NCBI GenBank assembly: GCA_965240325.2
Contig: OZ251254.1
Location: forward strand, 682,001 to 746,000
DNA length: 64,000 nucleotides
Source: Rebecca billardiae RCC1528
Lineage: Eukaryota > Protista > Haptophyta
Reading direction: 5' to 3'
The translations under genes were made by a program, and so were the position numbers. The notes under the pieces are model-generated. The model was not told the origin of the DNA, ran no database searches, and saw only the letters and a program-made list of their open reading frames with translations. Below, in pieces: positions 1-11,932 of the stretch (position 1 is the first letter of the stretch; each line of letters begins with the position of its first letter).

Positions 1-3000
1 GGTGGCGAAGGGTTCTTTGGACAGCTTGTAGACTGAGAAGCGCCCGTTTGCGCGGAATCGCGTGGTGGAATCTGCGTGCTGAACGGAGCGCGAAAAGGCA
101 CGGCGGCGGTTGACCGCCCCCCCCTGCCCGTCCGGGCAGGCCCGGCCCACCACCTGTCCCAGAAAGCTCCTGAGCCCGTCTTCGGCTCAGCGGGCTCATG
201 ACCTACCGAGCGAAGGTCATGAGCGCCCGGACACAGTGCGCGCAGGTGCGCCTCGAGGCGAGATGAGCACCAAGGCCCGTCACAGCGCCCGTCGCGCGTG
301 CTTGACTGCGGCGGCTGAGTTGGCCGGAGCGGCGGCGCGTTGCGCTCATCGTCGGTCCACACGCGTAAGTGACCTTCGGCGCGGCTGGCATGTGCCGCCT
401 TTGGCCCTCCTCCGCCTGCTAACGCAGCTCGACTGCAACCGTCGCCAAAGCCAAGCGTTGCCCACTGAGTCTGCTTCTGCCCGCGACACGAGCTTGAATG
501 GTGCCTTGAGCGCGCGCGCACATGAAGCACATGCACTGCCGCTCTCTTCAGATCGCGCGCGTCTGGCTCCCGCAGCACATCCTGTGCGATGACGCGATGG
601 CGTAGGCACCCGCCGGCCCGTCGTTGAAACGCATCAACTCGGCCAATGAGCTTGGGCGCAGAAGACGCCGGGAAGCCGAGACATGAGCGCCGGAAGGGGT
701 TGCGAGGTACTACCAGACCAGCCCACCTGGCGCGCCGTCGCACAGCCCTCGCCTACGCGCACGCGCAAGACCAGAGCGAAGCTGCCCGCGCGGCGGACGG
801 CCATTTCCTTGCAAATGTTTTCGCTGAGTCAGCGGGCCGGCCCCACCGAGAGCTTTGGAGCTTGACGTACTGGGCTGGGACGGGTGGCCCTCGTGCACGT
901 TTTCAAATCAGAGTAAACTGTAATAATCTGTTTTTAAAAAAAGTAAACTGTGCCCTGGCGGGCGGGGGGGTCGGCGGGCCGTACCAGTGCTGTCGCAATG
1001 TATCCTTTGCGGGTTCGCGTCTTTCCACATTCGCTCGTGGCCGTGGGTGACGGACAGTCGAGTGCAAGGACCAGTGACACGTGAAGTTGGCTCCCCGACG
1101 TGATGTACACACGTTTCACGGTCTGTACTCTTAGAGTATTGTATGCGCATCAGCGAGGCCCACACCCACGAGGGAATGTGCAGCACGCGGGGCGGGGCGG
1201 GTAGCCCGTTGCTCCGCGCGAGCGCGGGTACGCGCTGTATGTGCCGCATGTCGACCGCGATGGCGTAATCGAGCGCCTCGCCGCCGACGAAGCCGCCAGA
1301 GTAGATCATGTGCATGCTGATTGCTGTCCTCCTGCCGCCAGCCGAGAGCGGTCATCGCGAGGATGCTTGTCGATGTCGGCTCCAGGCATGATGGGCTCGG
1401 CGCAGGTCGCGTTGACGTCGTGTACGGCCACCACGCTGAGCACGAGCGCGTTGACGTTCACGCGGTCGTCGCTCTTCGCATCTTCGACAGGTCTGGCGCT
1501 CGCGTGCTCGGCGGCACGAGGAGCTGTTGGTTGTGCGCGCGCGCGCGCACAGCGACAGCGTGTGCCACTCGCGATCGAGAGTGGGCAAGCGCTGCTCACG
1601 CGAGCACACGAATCGCAGCGCATCCGTCACCGGCGTGACGACTTCGGCCTCGTCCCGCAGCGCCTGCGCCATGGACGAGGCCATGGCGCGGCGATGTTGC
1701 ATGCTCGACGTTTCATCTCTCTGCGAATGGCATCACGGGCTTGTCTGTGTCGCGCTGCGGCGAGGGTCGCCAACTCGCGATGACGCGGTTGCTGCCACGG
1801 CGACAGACCCGGGAGGTGCGTCCGCTGCGCGTCGTACGCCGTTGGCGCTGCGCTTCCGTCGCATTGGTCACCGTGGGCTTCGGCTGAGGGACCGGACCGC
1901 GAGCAATGACTGAGTCCGGTGCGCGGATTCCGGCGATCGAGTTCAGAAGGCCGCGCCAAATCTTGCGTCGCGTGCGATGGCGCTTCCCGCCCGCGAGACG
2001 CCTCGTGATGAGGGCTTTCTCGCACCGAGCCCGACGCGCGACGGTGGATCGCGCGAGGCGGTCATCGTGCGCAGCGCATGATGCTATGGCCGGTGCGAGC
2101 TTTCGACGTGCACGTCGGGCGAGGATCGCCCCAGGTCTCACGATCGTGTCGACGCGCCGAGCGTACCGCTCCAAACGCGTCGATTTAGCCCCCGTTCGAC
2201 CTGCACGCGAGACGACGAGGGCAGCAATCGCGAATCGGGCGAAAACACGTCTCGGGAATCCCCGCGCGATGTCCGCGCCGGCGTTGGATTCGGCGCGCGC
2301 GGCCCACGCGCTCCGCGCCAGGCGCCACATGGTTTTCGGCCGAGCGTCCCCAGTGGGAGCTGCGAGGGCGCCCGGTAGTGAGCGAGGCGATCTTCTTTTC
2401 TTTGTGAGGCGAGTTTCTTTTTTCTTTTTCTTTTTCTTATCTTTTTCCCGGGCACTACAAGGGGCGGACCTACGGCCCGCCAAACTGTAATCTGTATCAT
2501 GTTACAAGTAGCTACGCACTGTCGCATCACATAAACATTCGTCGGCCACTACTACCGGAGGCCCGGACGCACGGCACTGTCGTGGGCCCGAGTCACGGTC
2601 AGGGCCTAGTCCCTGAGCTCTGCGCCAATCACTAGTGCCCTGCTGCCGTGCGACGCCGGCGTGAGCACTGATGGCTGGGCGACCTCCGCCTGCTGCGGCC
2701 CGAACGCATAGTGCCAACGGTGCCGCACCGCCATAGGCGGGCGTGTACCCAGGGCGGCCCACTGGCCGCTCGGCGGCCCAGGCAGTGCCAGGCGGCCCGA
2801 CGGCGATGCAGTGCTGCAATTGCATGGCGCCTCGCACAACGGGCTGAGCCCGCACGCGGCCTCCGGCCGACTGGCTTCGGCCCGCCTGCACGGCGTTACC
2901 AGGCTCCGCTGTGGCCTACACCTAATGCCACCGGTGCCGCCGCCCAGCAGCCTCGGGCCATCCCGGCGGTCCAACGACGACGCCGGTGCCACCGCAGCGC

Positions 3001-3155
3001 AGCAGCCGCGCGGGGCCAAGTCGCCAGCCAGCAGCTGCCGCCGCCGAGCCGTGCGCACCCGATCCTCGCCTCCACGGCCGCCCGCGCGCCCCCGCGGTGC
3101 CCGCGCCGGCCCCAGCGGCCCGCCCCGCTGCCCGCGTCCGGACGGCCCCTCAGGC

Positions 3156-3960
3156 TCAGGCCTCCCCGACCAGCGCCAGCTTGATGTCCTCGGCCAGCAG
3201 CTCGACCACCTCCTCTCCGCTGTACCACGCGGCCGCGTACGTCGACTCGGAGTCGATGTCCTCGTCGAGCAGCATGTACAGGTAGCGCGTGGCGTCCTCC
3301 TCGGTGAGGAAGAGCGTGAGCAGGAACGAGTCGTCCTTCGGGTCCTGCACCTGCGGAGCCCAAGCGCCACGCGCCACCGCGCGGCGCCCAGGGAAGCGCC
3401 GGTGGCAGGCGAGCGGCGTGCGCGCGAGGGTCAGTGCTGCACGCGACGGGCGCACCGCCGCGCGCACGAGGGCGCGGCGCACGCCGAGTGCGCGCAGTTG
3501 CGCCCCTGCGCCCCTGCGCCGCCAGCCCCCGCGCGTGCGCTGCGCGCACCAGGATCACGCCCTCCTCGCCCTCGTCCTCCTCCTCGTCGTCCAGCGCGGC
3601 GGCAGACGCCTCGGAGGGCTCGTCCTCGTCGTCGTCCTCGTCGTCGAGCTCGCGCGTGACGAGCACCCACGCGCCCTCGCCGCTGAACGAGTCGACCACG
3701 CGCGCGTTGCTCAGCACCTGCGTCTCAAAGTCCGCCTCCTCGAGGCACGCGTTGATCTCGCCCTCGTTCTCCGCCTCCGCGAGGCACTCCTCCGTCGAGT
3801 CCGCGCACGCCACCGCCGCGCGGCGTACGGACGGCACGGCGGCGCGGGCGGTTGGGGCCCGAAGGCCGAGGAACGCTGACGGGCGCACCAGCGCCCGCGC
3901 CGAGTGCGCGCCCACAGTCGCCGCCACGGCGAGCAGCAGGCAGGCGGCGTGCGACCTCAT
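3156..3960 (-). CDS. Plastid-targeted DUF3110-family protein, 2 exons (3960-3550, 3350-3156)
   Basis: ATG 3960. Signal peptide (MRSHAACLLLAVAATVGAHSA) then an Arg/Ala-rich transit-like stretch with SAF. GT-AG intron 3351-3549 joins EEGVIL|VQDPKDDSFLLTLFLTEEDATRYLYMLL, resembling cyanobacterial/plant DUF3110 (VLL..EGIH..MFESEDDATRYALML). Confidence 0.7.
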
Positions 3961-4113
3961 GCTGAGCGACGGACCACCGACGTGGACGGCGGGCGGTTCA
4001 CCCCGTTTAGCGGCCGCCGGACCGGAATCAGCCTCTGTAACAGTGTATATAGTAACCGTCAATTCTCACCGTGTCCGCGGCGACCGGCGACGTCCTCGAC
4101 GGTGCCGAAGCAA

Positions 4114-6528
4114 ATGGCCGTGGACGGCGGCCCGAGCGCCGAGACGGCGCCGCCCGGGACGGCGCCCAGCGCAACGGCCCAGGGCGACGCGCTGCGCGCG
4201 GCGGGGCTGGAGCGTCTGAAGCCTCCCGACCTCCTCGTCCCCCCGGACTCGCTCGGTCCGGCCGACCTGCTGCCGCTGCTCGACGACGCGTCGGGCGGCG
4301 GCGGCGGCTCGAGCGCCGCGGAAGGCGCCGCTTCGAGCGGCGCGCGCGCGTTCGTCGCGGTGGTGCGCGAGGCGGACGAGCTGCCGCTGCTCGGCGAGGA
4401 GATCGAGGCCCGTCTGTGCGAGCGCGGCATCGCCTGCGCCCACGTCGGCGCCGGTCCCGGCCTCGACCTCGAGCTGCTGCCACCGGGCGCGCTGCCGACG
4501 CCGTTGCGCGGCGCGGCGGTCCTCTTGCACATGTGCGCGCGCGCGGAGGCGGAGTGGTCGCTGCGTGAGCGGCACGCGCGGCACGTGGCCGCGCGCGAGC
4601 GCATCCCCATCGTCACGCTCTGCCTCTCGCCCGCCGCGCTGCCGCTGCGCGCACCGCGGCCGGACGCGGAGGCGGCGGCCATCCTGACCCTGGCCGCTGC
4701 TCGGAGCTGGCTGCCTGGCGCGGCTCGGGGCGCGCGCGCGGGAGGGACGGCGTCGGGGCTCGGCGGCGGCGTGATGGCGAGCGTGGACGGGGCGCGTACG
4801 CCGCCGTCGCGCAGCGCGCGCACGGACGCCGCGCCCAAGCCCACCGCCCGCCGCCTTTTTGCCGACGGCGGCGGAGATGGCGATCTCGCCGATCTCGGCA
4901 GCGGGGGCGGGCGCAGCGCCTCGGCAGCGACGGCGGGCGCGCGCTCGGCGGAGGGCCGCGTGGCGGGCACGGCCAGCACGGTGCGCTTTGGCGCGCGCCA
5001 CGCGCACGACGGCAGCGCGGCCGGCGGCGCTGCGGCCGGCGGCGCGCGCGCGTCTGCGCACGCGTTGGCGATGGCGGCCACAGCGCTCGGCTCCGCGGAC
5101 GGCGCGCGCGCGGACGTGGCGAGCGACGGTGGCGCGCGCTTGGACCCGCGCGCGACCGCGATCGCCGCGGACGAGACGGGCGCGGCGCTCGCCACGGCCG
5201 AGGCGGTGGAGGGCGCGGTGGCGGAGCTGGCGCGGGCGCTGGGCGCGGCGGCGGCGCCGGCGACAACGGCGCGTTCGGAGCACGGCGGCGACGCTGGCGC
5301 GAGCGGCGCCGCCGCCGACGGGGGCGGCATCGTCGTGCCGGCCGAGCCGTGGCCGCGCGGCGCGGCGGCGTGCGCGCACCTTGCGGCGCAGGTGGGCGCG
5401 GCGGCGGCCTCGCTTCGCGCGCTGCACGCGGAGGCGGCAGCGGAGGCCGCCGCCGCGCCGCCTCTGCTCCTGGTTCGCGAGGCGGCGCTCCGGCGCGCGC
5501 GCGCCGCGCTGCGCGGCGCGCTCGCGGACAACGACTGCTTCGCCGAGCTCACGCTCGGTGCGCCGCCCGCGCCGGGCACGCCCTCGCCGAGCCTGCTGCT
5601 TGGGCCGACGCGCGGCGGCGGGGCAGGGGTCGGCGTGGGCGCGGAGGCACTGGCGGAGCCGCTGCTGCGCCGGCTGCGCGCCGCGCTGGCGCACGCGACG
5701 GCGCGGCCGCGCGGCGCGGGCCGGCCGGAGCTCAGCGTGGCCGCGGTGCGCTTCGTCGCGCCCCCGCCGAGGTCGGCGGGGACGGCGGCGCTGGTCGTCC
5801 GGCTGCGCGTGCCCGACGGGCTGCCGGCGAGCGTGCGCGCTGCGGAGGCGGGGCTGGGGTACGACGGCGTCGGCCGTGCGCTCGGGCTCGCGCCGTTGCG
5901 CGGCGCGACGCGCTCGGCGCCCGGCGCAGCCGAGCGGGCCGACGGCGGTGCCGGCCGCGCCGGCGGCGTGCCCACGCCGGTGGGCGATGCGGTCGGAGCC
6001 GCGGGCCGCCCCGCCACGGCCGGCGCGCGCGGCGCGCCTGACTCCACCCGGGCGGCCGCGCGCACCACCGCCGCCGCGGGCGCGGCACCGGAGCCGGCGG
6101 CGGCGGCGGCGGCGGGCGGCGGGGCGTCTGCGGCGGATGGCGCGCGCGCCGAGGCGGAGGTGTCGGTGGCGCTGGCGTCGGCGGTGCACGGCCTGCGCGC
6201 GGCGTGCGCGCCCCTGCACGCCGAGCTCGCCGCCGCGGCTTCGGACGCCGCCGCCGCGCGCCGCCTTCACTTCCGCTCCGGCGCCGCGTGGAGTGCCCAG
6301 CTGCTGCGGGAGCTGCTCGCCGCGGAAGGAGGCGTGCACGCGTGCCGCGCGGCGCGCGCGCGCGCGGCCGGCCTCGCGCGGTGCCTGTCACTCGCACGGA
6401 CGGTGGGCTGGCTGCTCGAGCTCTCACTCGCGCACGCGGTCTCGCCGCAAGCGCGAGCGGGCTCGGCGCCTGCGGCGGCGCGCGGCGGCGGCGGCGGCGC
6501 GGACGCCTATGCGGATGACGACGGCGCA

Positions 6529-6570
<42 letters not shown>

Positions 6571-7089
6571 ACGGCGGCGGTAGCGGCGGAGGAGAGGGCG
6601 GCGGCCGCGGCGCTCGTCGCGGACGGGCGCGGCGCCGCCGAGCCGGCGTGGCGCGGCGAGGTGGCGCCCGCCGCGGCGCTGCGCTCTCTGCGCGCGGCGA
6701 TTGCGACGCTCCCGTCCGCCGCGCGCGCCTTTGAGCTCGGCGCGCACCTGCCGCCGCCGGGCGCGGAGGCCGAGGCGCGCACGGCACGGCTTGGCGCTCT
6801 GCAGCTGATCGCGCAGGCGGGTGGAGGCGGGCTCGCCGACGGCCTCGCCCTGGGTGGCGGCGCGCGCGCCCTCCGCGCCGCCATCTTCAAGCCGGGCTGG
6901 ACGGCCGTGGGCGCGCAGGTCCTGTCGGACCGGGGCCGCGCCGAGTGCGCGCACTTTTCGCGCGCGCGGCGCTTCGAGAGCGGGTTCGGCTGGGGCACGG
7001 GCCAGCACAGCGGGCCCGGGCCCGCGGCGTACCCGCTCCTCACGCGCGAGGAGGCCGAGGTGGCCGCACGCGGCGGCAGAGGACGATAG
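4114..7089 (+). CDS. Uncharacterised Ala/Gly-rich protein (~990 aa); possible degenerate N-terminal TIR-like fold; C-terminal PGPAAY motif
   Basis: Long open frame from ATG 4114 with gene-like codon use (GCG/CTC/GAG), poly-Asp tract near 6527-6570, and C-terminal HFSRARRFESG...GPGPAAY reminiscent of SHIPPO/STPG PGPxxY repeats. Divergent from the DUF3110 gene. Confidence 0.65.
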
Positions 7090-7962
7090 TCAGCTGGTGA
7101 TCCTCGTCATCGCCAAGTGATGCCAGTTTCGCGGGTACTACCGAGTTGCCGAGTTTAAGTTGGAACCGTCAAAAACTGACAGATCAGATGTCAGTCTCGG
7201 GCTGTCTCGGACTGAATCTATTCAAGTCATCTAACTGCTGACGACCGAGTCTGTGCCGGGCGCGGGGCGGGCGGCCGCATCCGTCGCGTGATCCGCCGGG
7301 CCCCCGCGCAGGGCGGGCACGAAGTAGGTAGTGCGTTGATGAGTAGTAAGCTGATGGACCTTTTTGTTCAAGGCGTGTGTTCACAGCACGACTACATCGC
7401 CCGGCGGCAATGCCCGCGGCAAGCGCGTCGCATACTCAGGCTGGTACTGTCAGTCAGCACTCGCCGACGCATGCAGTGACTGACTCGTGACGGTTCGAAC
7501 TCTTCTAAGAGGTGCGCCCAGGCCATGCTTTGGCGGCGCAAGCGTGCACAGCGGCCGAGACGAGAGAAAGGCAAAGAGGCCGGGCAAAGCGCGTGGCGCG
7601 CTGTGGCGTGCGAGGCCATCAAGAAGCCACGGGATCCCGCCAGCCCGTTCGGCATGCGCGCCAGCGGCCGAGCCGTTCACGGCGGTACCAGCCGTTCAGT
7701 TTGATGCCGCTGATGCGCCCGGTTCCGGACGCAGAATGGTATCATCGCTAGATAAGTACAGCATATTCATCAGAGATCGGTCATGCAATATGGTCCTGTA
7801 TTCATCAGCCCAACGCTCTTGTACGTTGAAATATGCACGGCGGTTGACGAACGATACGAGAAAAAAGCGCTTAAACAATATGGATCTCAATCGCACCCAA
7901 TCAAACGACGAAGAACGACGACGCGTTCACCACGCAACACACGATCCGCGCGGGCGGGAGAC

Positions 7963-10396
7963 ATGTTGATGCAAGAGCCACCCCCTCCAAATCACTCCGA
8001 GACGGCCGTGCGCGCGCTGCTCGAACGGGCGGCCGCGAACGGGCGGCAGCGACGGGCGCGTGTGCGATGGCCCCTCATTGCACTCGGCTTCACCTGCCTC
8101 GCGACCGGGCTCCCGCTCATCGCCCTCGTCGCCCTGGGCTGGCCAAAGGCGCTGGGCGTGCTGTCCAGCCGAGAGGCGACGAACATCCTCTTCGTGGCAT
8201 CCGGGCTGATGATGACGGGCGGCTGGCTCTTCGTGAGTGCAGTTGTGCCCGGAGACACCCACGGGCCATACCACATCGCCGGCCTCACCATGGCCTTTGG
8301 GCTCGCGCTGTTTGCCATCGACTTGACGCTGACGATTCGCGCCTTCTCCGGCGGCAGCGACTGCGGCACTGCGCGGGAGTGCCGACGGCTGGTCGTCCTC
8401 CGGGTGCGGCAGCTGATGGATCTCGGTCTCGCGGTCATTGCCATCGCCGCGTGCGCGCACATCTTCGCCAGCCGCGTGCGGCACGGCTTGCTGCCGCGGC
8501 GCGTGCGGCGGCAGGTGATCAGCCTGCTGCGGCTGCTGCTGATTGGCTACTCTGCTGGCGTGGTGCTGGTGCGGCTGAGCGCGCTGGTGGACAAGCTCGA
8601 CGACGGGACCAGCGCGGTTGACGATCTGGTCCCCGCGCTCTCGCTGCTGGCGTACGCCATCCTCCTCACGGCCTTCGGCATGTCGTCTGCCACCATCGAG
8701 AGGCTGCACCGCTCGCTGCTGCGGCGCGGGCTGACGGACGGCGCGAGCTCGGCGGCGGTGATCGCCTCGCTGATCAGGGGGACGCGCTCGCCAGCGGAGA
8801 CGATGGAGATGGCCCTCGGCACGCTGCGATGCGTGTCGCTCGACCGGCTGCAGCGCTCGCACCTCGAGCCCCAGCCGCTCCCCGCGCGCAGGCTGCGCCG
8901 GTCTTCGAGTCTCCGGCACGCCAGCATGCTGGGCAGCTTCTACTCTGCGGTCACGTCGCCCCGCCTGCCCGAGGGCGCGTACAGGCGGGCCTCCAGCATG
9001 TTCCGGAGCTCGCCACACGTGCCTGCCGAGCGGAGCGGCCCTACCTCGCCCAGCAGCGAGCGACGCGCGAGCGGCGACACAGCCTCCGCTCCGGGCTCCC
9101 CCGCGAAGAGCGCCCGCCCGTCGGTGCGCCGCACGCGGTACAGCTCTGTGGTCGTGCCGGTCGAGGAGCCGACCGACGAGCTCAGCGCGTTCGAGCCTGC
9201 TCCGCCACCCGCCGCCGCGGCGGCGCCAGCCGGCGATGCTGGGCACGCTCAAGTGTGGGCCAAGGCCGAGTTTGGCGGCATCGACGCCTTTGTCAGCCAC
9301 AGGCACGCGCGCGCGCTGCTCATCCCGCTCGCGCGCGCACCCGCCGTGTCGCCCGCGCCTTGGCTGGCGGCTCGCCCTGACTGACTGACCGTCCCCCCTC
9401 GCGCACGCTGGTGCGTGGCCCCACACCCGCCGGGCCCCCGCCCGCCGCCGTGCGCGCAGCTGGTCGGACGACCCGGACGCCAAGTGGGCGGCGCTGCAGC
9501 GCTGGCGCGAGCGCTTCAAGGCCAAGCATCGGCGCGAGCCCACGATCTGGCTGGACGTGCTGTGCATCGACCAATCAGCGGTCGAGGAGTCGCTCGAGGT
9601 TCTCCCCGTGTACCTCGCGGGCTGCCGCACGCTGCTCGCGCTCGTGGGCGACACGTACACCGAGCGGCTGTGGTGGTGAGCGCCGCGCCCGCCCGCCTGC
9701 CCTGTGGCACGCGCCGCGCGCCGCGATGCCGCCCCGCCCGTGCCCCACCCGCCCCCCGCCCCACCCGCCCCCCTCCGCCCCTGCTCCGCTCACAGCGTGA
9801 TGGAGCTGGCGGTGTTCACGATGGCAGGCGGTGAGCCCGACGAGATCGAGTGGGTGCCGCTCGAGGGCGCCAGCCCGGTGGACGTGCGCGCGATCGACGT
9901 GCGCCGCGCGCGCTGCACGCTCGACGCGGACTCGGACCGGCTCCTCTCGACCATCGACGCCACGTTCGAGGGGATCGACCGCTTCAACGCGTCGGTGCGC
10001 AAGCTGCTCGGTGCTGCGGTCGAGCGCGCGGCGCCCAGCAGGAGCTCGGGCTCGCCGGACGCGCCGCGGCGGCTGCTGCGCGCGCTCAGCAGCTCGGCAC
10101 CGCCGTCCTCGCCGGGCACACGCCGCTGGGAGCTGCACCGCGGCCTGGGGCTAGGTGGACTGGGCCGATCGACGGATGCACTGTCGGCGCCCAACGCACC
10201 GGCCCTCCGCGGCAGCGCGTCACTGGCCGTCCCGGACAGCGAGGCAAAGGCGGACGCGCCCCCCGGCCAGCCCCTGCCGCCTGATGCGCGGCAGCACGGC
10301 GTTCACCTCGCCGGTATTCCAGGGGTCTCCGCATCGCCGGTGCGCATGCCCCCGAACCGAGCACCTGGCGGGCATCTCCCACCGCGCAAATTATAA
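7963..10396 (+). CDS. Six-TM membrane protein with cytosolic TIR/HET-like domain (paralog 1), 3 exons (7963-9302, 9460-9675, 9796-10396)
   Basis: Six hydrophobic segments. Splicing a GC-AG intron (9303-9459) and a GT-AG intron (9676-9795) gives GIDAFVSHSWSDDPDAKW...IWLDVLCIDQ...LPVYLAGC...ERLWCVMELAVF. Colinear with paralog at 39786-41900. Confidence 0.8.
9303..9459 (+). other. Non-canonical GC-AG intron
   Basis: CACAG|GCACGC...GCGCAG|CTGGTCG; this junction restores the SHSW motif seen in paralog 2. Confidence 0.7.
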
Positions 10397-10710
10397 GCGG
10401 CGGCGGCTCCACAGGCGCCCGGCGGCACGGATCACCGAGCGTCCGGCTACTGCTATATATCGGCAGTGTTAGTGCCATGCAGCCGGCGTCGTCAGGGCAG
10501 CTGCGCCGCCTCATAGTTAATTATCAGTATCTGACTCCGAGCCACTCCCGGGGCGAGCCACCGCGAGTGCGGTGCCAGCGCGGCGCGGACTACAAGTACC
10601 GAACCCGCCGCCAGAGCCAGAGGCCGAGGCGGCGTGAAGCCGTGACGAAGTCGGTCGGCGAGACCGATGTTGAAGTCGTGCCTTGGCTAGTCGTTGCTTT
10701 ATTGACGTCG

Positions 10711-10760
10711 TTTATTACTAAATATTGTATATTTGTTAATATATATATAATTATATATAG
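10711..10760. repeat. AT-rich/(TA)n island between convergent genes
   Basis: tttattactaaatattgtatatttgttaatatatatataattatatatag within very GC-rich context. Confidence 0.8.
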
Positions 10761-11164
10761 GGTGTTTGTCTCTGCCGTTAGCTCGGCCTCGATGGCTCGA
10801 TCTGCTGCCGTACAGCTTGCTGACCGTCTGACGCCTGCCCGTTGGCGTTGCATACCACGTCGTTATTAGTATATATCGTCGTGATGGGTTCATCAGTTAT
10901 TTCCCGCGAGGATTTTGCCTGTGCGTATTTTTTGGTCTAACCGGTACGGGCGGTAGTATCGTCATTATCAATATAATAAATATCATCGTCTATCAGTCAT
11001 TTATTCAGTTGCATCACTAGGCGGAGTGAGAGTAGTAGCCGGCTGCTCCGCTCCGGGCAAGCAGACGACAACGCATGTAGGAGCACTAGCAGGGCTCCTC
11101 ATCGTCAGATCGACGGCTGCCGGCTCCGCCGCGCCCAGACGATTAGCTGACATCATCAGTAGTG

Positions 11165-11932
11165 TCATCCATCGCCTGGCGGCGGGTTCTGCGCCTGGCC
11201 CTGGCCCTGCGGCGACGCAGCGGCCGCGATGCCGTGTGGCCTCGCGATCTGGAAGAAAGTATGGCTCGTCCATAGCCTGCATGAGGTAGCGAGCAGCGCC
11301 AGCACGCAGTACAGCCCGTAGTGCACGATCTGCGTGCTGCATATCACGCGATCCATCCCAAGGAATGAGTGCATGGCGACGCACGCAATGAATAGAGACA
11401 TGAGCGCGCCCTGTGACCAGAGCACGCTGACCGCACCCAGCACGTTGATCAGGAAGGAGGTAACGAGGACGGTGAGCGGCCCTTCTGACTCCAGCACGCC
11501 AAGAGACAGCCACTCTGCGCACGGGCGGGGGATCAGCGCGCAGAGAGCGTGTGAGCACTTGGCGTGGCGCGCTGCTGGCCGGCACGCGGGCGGCGCGCGC
11601 AGACCAGCGGTCAGGTACAGCAGCAACATCGTGTCCAGCGTGAGCATCGTGAGGAAGGTGAAGCGGTGCTGGTTGAAGCCCTGGTGGTCTGGGCTATTCC
11701 AGCGAAGGGGCGGCTCCACGAACACGAGAAACGTGCGCGGTACGGTCTGCTCTGGGGCTGCCCGAGCCGCCGGCCGCAGCTCGGCACAGCTGGCCTTCAC
11801 GCCGAGCCGCATGAGCTTGCCATCCGCGGAGAAGAGCTGGACAGGCGCCTGATTGCGCGTGTGCTCGCCCCGTGCGGCGTAGCTCGAGGCCTCAAAGTAG
11901 GTCATCCGATTTCCCGTCGTGGACGATGCCAT
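11165..11932 (-). CDS. Small multi-pass membrane protein of unknown function, probable intron 11515-11604
   Basis: ATG 11932 (MASSTTG). About 4 hydrophobic segments (FTFLTMLTLDTMLLLYLT, LTVLVTSFLINVLGAVSVLW, LMSLFIACVAMHSFL, IVHYGLYCVLALLA). In-frame 90-nt GT-AG segment encodes low-complexity R/A/P sequence. Confidence 0.6.
   Translation of the reverse strand: MASSTTGNRMTYFEASSYAARGEHTRNQAPVQLFSADGKLMRLGVKASCAELRPAARAAPEQTVPRTFLVFVEPPLRWNSPDHQGFNQHRFTFLTMLTLDTMLLLYLTAGLRAPPACRPAARHAKCSHALCALIPRPCAEWLSLGVLESEGPLTVLVTSFLINVLGAVSVLWSQGALMSLFIACVAMHSFLGMDRVICSTQIVHYGLYCVLALLATSCRLWTSHTFFQIARPHGIAAAASPQGQGQAQNPPPGDG

Noticed and set aside
1942-1957. 16-mer TTCAGAAGGCCGCGCC shared with 39524-39539
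   Set aside because: Similarity does not extend; too short to define an element.
2453-2461. CACTACAAG resembling a CACTA terminus
   Set aside because: No inverted partner or transposase found.
1-2900. Many short ORFs, e.g. 908..1315 - and 1306..1623 -
   Set aside because: No recognisable motifs or coherent splice model; probably decayed repeat or pseudogene DNA, not classifiable by eye.
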